From: Octopus sinensis
Taxonomy: Eukaryota
Direction of reading: 5' to 3'
Assembly (NCBI RefSeq): GCF_006345805.1
Contig: NC_042998.1
Span: 194,060,001-194,124,000 of the forward strand
Length of the DNA stretch: 64,000 bases
Part shown: one piece after another, positions 13,201-25,983 of the stretch
Numbering within the stretch: the stretch's first letter is position 1
Layout: each line of letters opens with the position of its first letter
The notes under the pieces: model-generated
The model's database searches: none
What the model saw: only the letters and a program-made list of their open reading frames with translations
Told to the model about the DNA's origin: nothing
Position numbers and translations under genes: made by a program

Positions 13201-14950
13201 AAAGTAAAAGCGTTAATGTGGACTGGCACGTAAAAAGCACCCACTACACTCACGGAGTGGTTGGCGTTAGGAAGGGCATCCAGCTGTAGAAACACTGCCA
13301 AATCAGACTGGAGCCTGGTGCAGCCTTCTGGCTTCCCAGACCCCAGTCGAACCGTCCAACCCATGCTAGCATGGAAAACGGACGTTAAACGATGATGATG
13401 ATGATGTGTCTGGGTTAAAATATTTTAGGCTTGTAGACTATAGATGAAGGGAGGTAACTGTGTATTTCAATTGATTCTAGAGTGTAAGACATTCATAGAC
13501 ATTAGAAATAAGGTTGAGATTATAAAGAATTCTGGATATAAGCAGAAAGTATTCATGTTTTGATACAGGTATTATTTAGGGAACCTAATTTACTATATGC
13601 TGTATTGTAATTATATCAGGTTATTAAGTTGTAAAATATTAACCTAAGAGCCATATGGGTTTATTTATAGTTACAATGGGGGTCATACTGGCTCTTGTGG
13701 GGATGGTGGGATAGATATGTGTTAATGTTTAGATGTATTTTAATCCACCTAGATGTACAAGTACGGGTAGTTATAAATATCCAGACACACAGGTGGTTTC
13801 CAATGGGTGCTTAAAATTAGTGTTTAACCCTTTCATTACCAAACCGCCCAAATTTACCTATTCATATTTAAATGAGAATATCAGAGCAAATCTCTTTTGT
13901 ACATTCGTGAAAACACGTGATTATGCTTCGTAAACAGTTCATCTACAGTTTTGTACAACGATCGACGTGTAATTTTAATTCCCTAAATTTTGGGAGATTT
14001 TTTTCCACATTTTTTTCGGCATCGATTTTTCTTCAACTTTGAAAATGGATTGGAGTTTCATGTTATCAAGCATTGATTCCGAATTGGAAAATTTGTGAAG
14101 CAAATACTGGGTACTGTTGTGGATTTAGTTTTTATACAGGGAAACTAATGTTAGTCAGCATGGCTTAGGGTATGATGTGGTCTGGAAGTTATTGTTTGAA
14201 GCGATCAATGCGGAAACAAACTTACGCAAAATGTAAACAAACACAAAATGGGGGTTCAAATTTCGGAAAATTTGTGAAGCAAATACTGGATACTGCGTGG
14301 ATTTAGTTTTTATACAGGGAAAATAATGTTAGTCAGCATGGCCTGTTGTGCATTAAATTCAACTGATGATATAGTGATGTGCACAATTCTTCTTTATCAA
14401 AATTTTGTTGCATACCCATTTGAATATTAGCTGATGATTCATTTTCTATGGTGATGTTTAAACAAAATTTTAATATTTTTACCTTTTGCTCAATTTAAAA
14501 TTTTAATATTTTTACCTTTTGCTCAATTTACCTGGATTTACCTGTAATTAAAGTCACTTTGAGACAAAAGTTATGCAATAGAATTGATTAAGAACCCTTT
14601 CTTTAATTATGTTCCAAATATCACATTAATATGTTGATAAGTAAAAAAGTTACAGTTATTTAATGAAACAAGCCTAGATTCATGATTATTTTAGAATTTA
14701 ATTGAAACTCATGAGGGGGTGTATTTTGGTCAGAAATATAGTAACGAAAGGGTTAAGATGAATGCATAGAGATTATTGCTAATAAGAATATGGAGTAACA
14801 TCCCAATGATAAACTGATGTAATTGGATATTTATATCTATATCTATTTATACCCCCACACATACATACATACACACACATATCCATATATACACACACAC
14901 ATACATATACTCACACACATATATACATACATATTTATACATGCATACAT

Positions 14951-15005
<55 letters not shown>

Positions 15006-15686
15006 GTGTTGTTAAACACAAATATTAGGAGAGGAAGAACAAGCATAATGAATAACATTAGGAAAAGATAGTAATCAATATTTAGTAATCAATATTATAC
15101 CAATATTATACCAATATTAGGGAAAATATTATTATTGTTATCGAGAGGGGTACTAGCACTAGTAACAGTTAATATTAATGGTATTTAGAGAAAGTGTGTT
15201 TAGCCTTATGAAGGCGAAAAACATTTCTCTCTTTGAGAGAGTTAAGAGTAAGATTGGCCTTAAGCAGGAAGAAAATTTCACTTACGCATAACGTGCATTT
15301 CTTATTCTTAACATTATATGCATGTGCTGAGGCTAGGATTTTCCAACGTAGGTCATAGCTAATATTCTTACCCTTGAGGTCCCATATATAGTTACGTAAT
15401 CCCGTTGAGTTCCTCCTATTCCTGTTTCTGAAGGTATACATATGGTAATTTAGCCTGTGTTTCATATGGTTCTGGGTGGCTCCCATATATACCTTATTAC
15501 TCGATTGAGTACTCACTACACATTGGTAAACTATTTTTCTATTGCAATTATTACTAAACACACAATTATTGCTAATTCTACAATTACAAGGCCTATACTG
15601 TTGTGTGGGGGCTACACTGGTACGGTTAGTATGTATATCGGGGGTGTCATTAGGTGTGATATTACTATTGTTATGACTGGTGCTAA

Positions 15687-15749
<63 letters not shown>

Positions 15750-16471
15750 TGTTATTATTAGTGTGTGTATTACTGTTATTATTTTTCCTATTTAAGCAGA
15801 AGGTGTCAAGTTTTTTGTTATTCATGGAGAAAGTGAGAGTGGCCAGGTTATGCGTCAGACTCTATCCTATTCTTACTGTTTTACTATTTATGATTTCCCA
15901 GTAATTATTTTTTCCTTTTATAAAATATTTGTTAATTAGTTTAAATATTGTTTTTACTAAGTTATTTTTAAGTTTGCATAGCATATGGTAGTATTAGCCA
16001 GACAGTATCATTTCCTTTATTTGCATGTTTGGGGTTATTGCTCATTGGTCTATTGTTATTATTAGGGCCATTACTTTTATTATTAATAATAATATTGTTG
16101 TTATACCTATCACTAGTGTCACTATTATTATCACAATTTAAGGGGCTGATGACGTGTGCCTGTTTAGGATTTCTTATGTTATTCATTCCTTCTTTCTTAC
16201 ATCTGTGTTTGCTACTAGAATGCGACATTAGTTGTTGATGTGAGTATAAATTGACAGAGTAAATAAGCTTACACGATGAATACTGCTGGCAAAATGGAGT
16301 TGATGAAAATGGACTCATCACTGAAAGACATTCTTATTCCACCTAAAGACTCTTATCTCAAGGAATTGATTTTTAGAATTAATGAGTTCATTCATAGAAT
16401 TTGATGGAAAGTATACCACCATGAAATGAAACTATCACATGCCATCAGGCCCGTAAATTTATATTTATATG

Positions 16472-16513
<42 letters not shown>

Positions 16514-16629
16514 CATATTTATGTATATATATTTATATGTATGTGTATATGTATGTATATTTATGCATATATATTTATATGTATGTGTATATATATTTAT
16601 ATGTATATATATTTATACGTATATATATC

Positions 16630-16680
<51 letters not shown>

Positions 16681-17502
16681 TTATTTGTTTGACATGTCTT
16701 CTCAAGCACAGCAAACTGCCAGGAGTCATGTTTTTCAGTCATGGTCATCCCCTCTCTGAGGTCCGCGTCTGAAGATCCTTTCTCACCACTTCTTCACTCA
16801 TCATTCTGGGTCAACCCTTTCCACACATTCCTTCCAAATATAGAGATCGGTACCTCTTGATGTAACTGTCTTCATTCATACACATTACATGACTATACCA
16901 GTGCAGTCTTCTCTCTTGCACGCTACATTTAATGCCTCACACACCCAGTTTTTCTCTCAAATCACTTACACTCTGTTGCATATGCACACCGACATTACTC
17001 ATCCAGCAGAGCATGCTGGCTTCATTTCTTTCAAGCCTTTGCATATCCTCAGTAGTCTCAGCCCATATTTCACTGCCATGTAGCATAGCTGTTTGTACAC
17101 AAGCATCTTTACTAACAGAGGTAGTAACTCTGAACTTTGCCCAGCTTATTCTTATTCTAGCAGCCATACTTTCAGAACAACCTCTCCCACAACTAAATTG
17201 GTCACCTAAGTAACAGAAACAGTCTACTACTTCTAAAGAACCTCCTGTCATTTGAGGAAGTCTTTTTTGTACATTCCTGGTGTTTAATGTACCCGCATAT
17301 CTGCCACATGTAAAGACTACTTTCTCTGTTAGTCTTCCAGTGACACTGTTGCATCTCTTATGTATCCATAGCTTGCACTGGGTACATTGTATGGAATGTC
17401 TCCTGATGCCTTTTCTCCATATTGATCAGGGCCATCTCCCTAAAGGGATCAATGATTTTTCTGTTTTCCTACTTACTAGGACTTGGGTCTTTGCTAAATT
17501 AA

Positions 17503-17538
<36 letters not shown>

Positions 17539-17726
17539 ATCCAAACATGAAAACACAACAACGTGGAACAAATATAGTATTATTGGACGCTCAGGAAGGA
17601 AGGGAAGAACGAGGGTTTTACGTTTGGAGCGGAGCTCTTCGTCAGAAACATAAGAAAAGGAAAGATCCAGGGAAGGGAAGACGGAGGAAAAAAATCGCCA
17701 ACGGTACACACGCAGTCACATTTTGA

Positions 17727-17759
<33 letters not shown>

Positions 17760-20700
17760 TACAACATGTACACATATATATCATCATCATCGTTTAACAT
17801 CCGCTTTCCATACTAGCATGGGTTGGATGATTTGACCGAAGACCAGCAAACCAGATGGCTGCACCAGGCTCCAATCTGATCTGGCAGAGTTTCTACTGCT
17901 GGATGCCCTTCCTAATGCCAACCACTCCAAGAGTGTAGTGGGTGCTTTTATATGCCACTGGCACAAGTGCCAGTCAGGTGGCACTGGCAATGGCCATGGT
18001 CAGTTGGTGCTTTTTATGTGCCACCTGCACAGGAGCCAGTCCAGCGGCACTGGCAACAACCTTGCGCGAATGTTTTTTCACGTGCCAGTAAGATGATGCT
18101 GGTAACAATCACGTTTGAATGGTGCTTTTTACATGCTACCCGCACAGAAGCCAGTTATCTGCTCTGGCAGCAATCGCATTCGGATGGTGCTCTTAGCACT
18201 CCACTGGCACGGGTGCCAGTCATCGAATTTGCGAATTTGATTTGATTTTTGCCTCAACAGGTCTTCGCAACCAGAGTTTAGTGTCCAATGAAGGAAAGGT
18301 ACGCATAAGTGGACTGGTTACACCTCTGACATAAGCCACGGGTTATGGTCTCACTTGGCTTGCCGAGTCTTCTCAAGCACAGCATATTTCCAAAGGTCTC
18401 GGTCACTAGTCATTGCCTCGGTGAGGCCTAATGTTCGAAGGTTGTGCTTCACCACCTCATCCCAAATCTTCCTGGGTCTACCTCTTCATATATATATATA
18501 TATATATATACATACACTTCTGTAACTGTTTTGACAGAATTTTCACAGCTGGTTGGTTGATGTTAGGAAGGGCATCCAGCTGTAAAAATTCTGCCAAAAT
18601 AGTTACAGAAGGCTAGTGCAGGCTTTTGCCTAACCAGCTCTTGTCAAACTGTTCCACCCATGGAAGGCAGACACTAAACAATGATGATCATGATGATATA
18701 TATGTATACACACATCATCATCATCATCAATTTGTCTAGTACTTCCCTGCCCTGTTGGTCCCACTGCTAATATCTTCACTGTATCTCTGGCACTGCATGT
18801 GTGTGTCCGTGTGTCCATATCTATATCTATGTTTATACTGGTCTTAAAAGAAACTACTGTTTTTCATGTTACATCCTTTTCTTTTGTGACTTTGCATCTC
18901 AGCAAATAGAGATTGATAGAATTAGTACCCGACTTACAATTTACTAGGTATCTTTCCATTAGCATTGTTTTCTTATCTATTTCCATCAGGGTCCAAATCA
19001 GTTCTTATTCAAAGTTCCTGAATGAGTCAGACAACCATTTTTTCTTTGCATGTCTCAGATTTTCTTGATAATATTATCTTTTTTTTTTTTTTTTTTACAG
19101 GTGGTTTGGGTTTAGGAATAGCTGATTCTTGTATTACAACAGAAGAATTAGCTTATGGATGTACAGGTATCCAAACTGCAATTGAAGCAAATTCCCTTGG
19201 GGTAAGTTAATACATTGCAAGAAAACAAAACTGAACTGCTTGTTGACATTCTGTTTTTTTGATTAATTTTAATTAATTCAAATATCAGAGTTCTCTCCCC
19301 TCTATTTCTTCAGCTGAATTATTTATTAACCCTTTAGCATTCAAACCGACCACATTAGGCCCAAATACTCTACCTGTTGTATATTCAGACCAGCTATATT
19401 AGGCCAAGTAGTCTACCTCTTGTATTTTCAAATCAGTCAGACCCAGCTTCTCACACCTATTCTAGAGTATCATTCATCATCATCATCATCATTGTTTAGC
19501 GTCCGCTTTCCATGCTAGCATGGGTTGGACAATTTGACTGAGGGCTAGCGAACCAGATGGCTGCACCAGGCTCCAATCTTGCTCTGGCAGAGTTTCTACA
19601 GCTGGATGCCCTTCCTAACGCCAACCACTCCGAGAGTGTAGTGGGTGCTTCTACGTGCCACCTGCACGAGGGCCAGTCTGGCAGTATTGGCAACGGCCAA
19701 GCTTGAAATGGTGTTTTTTACGTGCCACCTGCACAGGAGTCAGTCCAGTGGCACTGGCAACGACCTCGCTCAAATGTTTTGTTCATGTGCCAGTAAGGTG
19801 TCACTGGTAACGATCACACTCAGATGGTGCTTTTTACGTGCCCACCGGCACAGAAGCCAGACAGCTGCTCTGGCAGTGATCTTGCTCGGATGGATCTGTC
19901 AACTCTCCACTGGCACGGGTGCCAGATAATCACATCATTGAAATATCAAAGCTATGAGTTCATGCGTGATTAATTCAAAAGAATGTGAATTTGACAGAAT
20001 AATGTGAATGCTAAAGGATTAAGCTGCTGGTGTTTTCCTCCTCGCTACAGTTGTAATTTCATTTAATATTTTTTGGCTCACTGCATTGTGTTAGCATAGA
20101 CTTAACTACATGTTTTGATGGAGAAGGCTTTTCAAGAGTATTTCTTCCTTCCCTGTATCCAAATCATTCTTAGTTGTTACCCCTATCAATGTTTATTTAT
20201 TAGAAATCTGTGCCGGTGGCACGTAAAAAGCACCAACCGATTGTGGCCGATGCCAGACTCCCCTGGCACCTGTGCCAGTGGCACGTAAAAAGCACCCACT
20301 ACACTCACGGAGTGGTTGGCGTTAGGAAGGGCATCCAGCTGTAGAAACACTGCCAGATCAGACTGGAGCCTGGTGCAGCCCCTGGCTTCCCAGACCCCGG
20401 TTGAACCGTCCAACCCGTGCTAGTGCGGAAAACGGACATTAAACGATGATGATGATGCCTGCATTATCTCAAGATCTGACAGTGCTAGTAAGACTATACT
20501 TCACTAAGAAGCTCTGAGACCCAAATATATCAAGTTGTTGCCAAACTGAAAAGGATCCAACCACTCCTCACTGGAATACTACATTGTATTTCAATAAATT
20601 TTCCTATATTTAAATTTTCAAGTTACTCCCCTTGCATATCTTGACCAGAATTAATCACAAAATAAATGGGTTTTTTTCTCCTCACTGCCGCACTTCATTA

Positions 20701-21724
20701 TGTATGTTGCAACTGACCTAATTAAGAAAGGCTTATCAAAATTTGTTATTTAAGTGATTAGTTTTGTGGCTTTGTTATTTGATATTTAAACTTCAGTAAG
20801 CTGTATTATGTTGATAATACGCTGTGTGTGTGTACATGTGTGTGTGTATGTATAGAGTAGATGAAACCATGGCGACTGAAGAAGGGGTTTTTTCTTGTGT
20901 TAATTGTCCTGTACTCTATTTTTTTGTTGTTTAAAAAAATGTCCAGTTCCTTGGGTTTGTGTTTATGTTTTCGTTTCTCATTGTGTTCGACGTTTTTTTG
21001 GTGTCCTGTACTCATATATGCGTGTATATATACATGTAGAGGTAGGTACGTACATATATGTTTATATATATGCATATGTTTTATTTATTAATATATATAT
21101 ATATATATATACATATGTACGCTGCTATATTTTTATATATGGAAACTACAAACATGGGACAAGAACACAAAACATCCAGACAGACGATACAAAGTAAACA
21201 AGGACGGGTCAATCGGAGTTTCCTATCCTTATTTGAGTTCAAGATTATCTTTGCAATTTTGGTTGGTTTGTCCCTGTGCAAGGACAATCCAAACACAGAC
21301 AGGTGTTGCAAAGAGTGACTGGTAGAGCGGAAATGGCTCGAGACCAGGATGTCATTGCCAAGTCAGATGTCTTGCAGGTGTTCCATGAACCGTTCAGCCA
21401 AGCAGTGTCCCGTTTGCCTGATGTATAGAGAAGGGCAGAGAATGAGAGAGAGCAGGAGATGCAGTAGATGACGTTGCTAGAAGTGCAGGTGAAGGAGTCG
21501 GTGATGTGATAGGGTCAATGATAGGTGTTGGAGAGGTATGGGAAAGTGCGGCAGTGTGGGCGGGAGCAGGGGAACGAGCTGGGTTGGGAAGTTAGGTTTG
21601 AAAGAAGCTGTGGACCAAGAAGTCTCATAGGTTTTGGGCTTGTTTGAAGGAGGGGAGGGGTCAGTTATGGAAGATGTGCGAAGTGGAGGGGTCGGACTGG
21701 AGTCGTCGGAAGGCTTGGAGAATG

Positions 21725-21779
<55 letters not shown>

Positions 21780-23168
21780 TGCCTGTCTATCTGTCTGTCT
21801 TTATATAGTTCAAATTTTGGCTCAAGGCCAGCAGTTCCACAGGTGTACCAGTCCTCACCTGGTACTTGTTTTATCAACCTCGAAAGGATGAAATGCAATG
21901 TAGACTTCAACAGAATTTGAACTCAGAATGTAAAGATGGATGGAATGCCACCAAGCATTTTGCTCAGCATGCTAATGGTTCTGTCAGGGATTTTGCCTGC
22001 CCTCCACAATAATAATAATCCTTTCTACAATAGGCACAAGGCCTTAAAATTTGGGGGAGGGGGTAAATTGATCACATTGAACCCAGTACTTGACTGTTAC
22101 TTAATTTATTGACCCCGTAAAGATGAAAGGCAAAGTTGACCTCTGTGGAATTTGAACTCAGAATGTAAAGACAGCTGAAATGCCATTAAGCATTCTGCCT
22201 GGTAAACTAACGATTCTTCCAGCTCACCGCCTCATCATCAACATCATCATTGTTTAACGTCCGTTTTCCATGCTAGCATGGGTTGGACGGTTCCACTGGG
22301 GTCTGGGAAGCCAGAAGGCTGCACCAGGCCCAGTGTGATCTGGCAGTGTTTCTACGGCTGGATGCCCTTCTTAATGCCAACCACTCCGTGAGTGTAGTGG
22401 GTATTTTTTACGTGTTACCTGCACAGGTGCCAGACGAGGCTGGCAAACGGCCACAATTGGATGGTGCATTTTACATGCCACCAGCACGGAGGCCAGTCGG
22501 GGCGAGGCTGGCAACGGCCACGTTTGGATGGTTCTCTTACGTGCCATTGGCACTGGTATCACAGCTACAATTTCCATTGATGTTGATCGATTTTGATTTT
22601 GATTTTGGTTTTCATTTTTTCATTTCTTCATTTTCACTTGCCTCAACAGGTCTTCACAAGTATTTCACTTGCCTCTAGGAGTAATTGTTTTTTTCATATT
22701 GCTTCTTTGCTTCTCTTTTATACAGCAAGTACCAGTAATTTTAGCAGGAAATGATGCCCAAAAGAAGAAATATCTTGCACGAATGCTAGAAGAGCCACTA
22801 ATGTGTGTAAGTTGATTGCTGAATATCTTTTCTGTTTTAAAGTTTTACATGATACACAATATTGTTATCACTGACAAATAGAAAACTTAACTTCATCCTT
22901 ATCATTACCAATTCCATTGTTATTTTCACCAATGATGCTATTATCCTCAGTGATGTCATCATCATCATCATTAATGTTATCATCATCATCATTATCGTGC
23001 TAAGTGTCTATTAAGGTATTGCTATTCTAAGATGTATCATTATAGTGTCTACATGGAGTTGAAAGAACATCTTCAGTTGTAGACTCAAAGAGTTAAGTTA
23101 ACTATCGTTATGTTTTGTCCTCTTTATACCAGAATTATTAATTACTCACATTTTCCGACACCAGTCAG

Positions 23169-23227
<59 letters not shown>

Positions 23228-24984
23228 TCATCATCATCATCATCATCGTTTAGCGTCCACTTTCTATGCTAGCATGGGTTGGATGGTTCAACTGGGGTCT
23301 AGGAAGCCAGAAGGCTGCACCAGGCCCAGTGTGATCTGGCAGTGTTTCTACGGCTGGATGCCCTTCCTAACGCCAACCACTCCGTGAGTGTAGTGGGCGC
23401 TTTTTATGTGCCACCCGCACAGGTGCCAGATGGGGCTGGAAAACGGCCACGGACGGATGCTTTTTACGTGCCACCGGCACGGGGACCAGGCAAGGCTGGC
23501 AACAGCCTTGATCGGATGGTGTTTTTTATGTGCCACCAGCACGGAGGCCAGTTGGGACAGCGCTGGCAATGGACACAGTCGGGTGGTGCTTTTTACGTGC
23601 TACTGGCACTTTTAATTATTGAAATATGTAATCATCTGACCCATGGAAGTATGGAAAAGTGGACGTTAAACGAGGAGGAGAAGAAAGAGGAGTTTGGGAG
23701 TACACATACTTCTAAGGAAAACATCTATGGTGAACCAACAAAGGTAGCTTCGACGTAGTCACTAAACTAGCAAAAAGCAGTTGCTAAATTTCTTTTAAAT
23801 ATGTACTGTCTTAAAAAAAGGATTTACTGAAAAATGTACCCCTAGGTACACTATATTTCCTTCTTTTTTTTTTCTGCAAACAACACGCAGAAGCAAGTGT
23901 TACCAGTTGGAATCTCCACATATCAGATGCTAGCAAGTTTATGGGGTCATCAGGAAAGAATGTGCACCGTTTTGGGGTCTTCCTCTCAATGCTATCATTG
24001 TGCACTGACCCCTGCTCACTGAAATGAGGTCCCACTTGCTAGATCAACTGGTTATCAGGTTTTGCTCAATATTTTAGCTGTTGTGACGCTATTCTGGAAG
24101 TTTTCAGCATGCATGCGCAGAGTTGGATTACTTCTGGTAGGCTGCCAGAAGTTTCCTCATGCACATGCGCAGAGAACTGGCAACAGAAAGTTTTCCCGCT
24201 AGATCGGTCTTTTTGAAGCTGCAGCCCTATCGAGTGGACACGACTCAACCTTCTCTCAAGGAAAACCTAGCACGTAGAGAAGCCCCCTTCTACATGGGAA
24301 TGGAGACAGCATTTTGGCTCACACAAGTTAACTATTGTGAATAGTTTAATGGACTTGGCTACCAGTTTACCCTGAAGAAAATATATGTGTAAATATTCTA
24401 TTTGCGAATCCAGATCAAAAATAAAGTATTATTTATTGCTGTTGAAGATAGTCGAAGTTTTGGCTTTCCTTTCGACACACTTGAATGTAACAGGATAAGA
24501 CCGATACTCACCAAGTGTTCCTGAGACCTTCATCCTGTTACATAGCCATTGCTCATAATCTCTTTTTAGTAATATAAAAATGGGATATTCATAACTAACT
24601 GGAATACTATTGATTTTAGGTCTGCTGAATTATAACTGATCTGGAGCTTAACAATGAGAACATCATTCACAGAAGTGCACGAGCAAAATAAATAAATAAA
24701 TAAATAAGATTGTAACCAAGCATGGACATATATGCAACCGATCGGCATTCATTATAGAAACTCTCTTTACTTTCTTTTACTTGTTTCAGTCATTTGACTT
24801 GCGGCCATGCTGGAGCACCGTCTTTAGTCGAGCAAATCGACCCCGGGACTTATTCTTTGTAAGCCCAGTACTTATTCTATCGGCCTCTTTTTGCCGAACC
24901 GCTAAGTGACGGGGACGTAAACACACCAGCATCGGTTGTCAAGCAATGCTAGGGGGACAAACACAGACAGACAAACATATACAT

Positions 24985-25025
<41 letters not shown>

Positions 25026-25948
25026 TACGACAGGCTTCTTTCAGTTTCCGTCTACCAAATCCACTCACAAGGCATTGGTCAGCCCGGGGCTATAGCAGAA
25101 GACACTTGCCCAAGATGCCACGCAGTGGGACTGAACCCGGAACCATGTGGTTGGTTAGCAAGCTACTTATCACACAGCCACTCCTGCTAATATCGACAAA
25201 TTAAAATGATAATGTTTTCTAACTATGAAATATTGATGATAGTTTGGGTAGTAGACTTAAAATTGCCTGGTTTAGCACCACCACCTGGCTCTTGGGTTCC
25301 ACACTTTTGCAAACATTTACGGTAGGCTGGTCTCTAGTCTGATAGTAACTACTTCCTCTTTTCCTCCACCAGTTTTGGATGCTCTGGAAAAGTCATGGGT
25401 ACTGTTGTTTCTATACATTAAAACGAAGCAACAATAAAACAAATAAAAACATTTTTTCACGCTAAGAGTCGCTGAAGCATGGAACAAACTGCCGGCGTCA
25501 GTTGTTAGTTGTCGGAGCACTGCATCCTTCAAAACTTCCATGCTTCCTGAGAGATTCGCCAACACTACACCTGATTTTCTCCCCTCCATACACACGCAAG
25601 CATGTATCTGACTCATACACTGTTCGCTTTCCAGACATTTGTACATTACTGCATATACTTTATACGCACTTTTGACAAGCTGTGGTGCACCTGAGCACTG
25701 TATACAATAATTTCATTATGATTACTCTCTTACTCTTTACTCTTTTACTTGTTTCAGTCATTTGACTGCAGCCATGCTGGAGCACCGCCTTTAATCGAGC
25801 AACTCGACCCCGGGACTTATTCTTTGTAAGCCCAGTACTTATTTTATCGGTCTCTTTTGCCGAACTGCTAAGTGACGGGGACATAAACACACCAGCATCG
25901 GTTGTCAAGCAATGCTAGGGGCACAAACACAGACACACAAACATACAT

Positions 25949-25983
<35 letters not shown>

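Noticed and set aside
15457-15904. Poly-Ile/poly-Leu ORFs that look like membrane or signal peptides
   Set aside because: Antisense frames of the (AAT)n tract inside the Penelope-like element.
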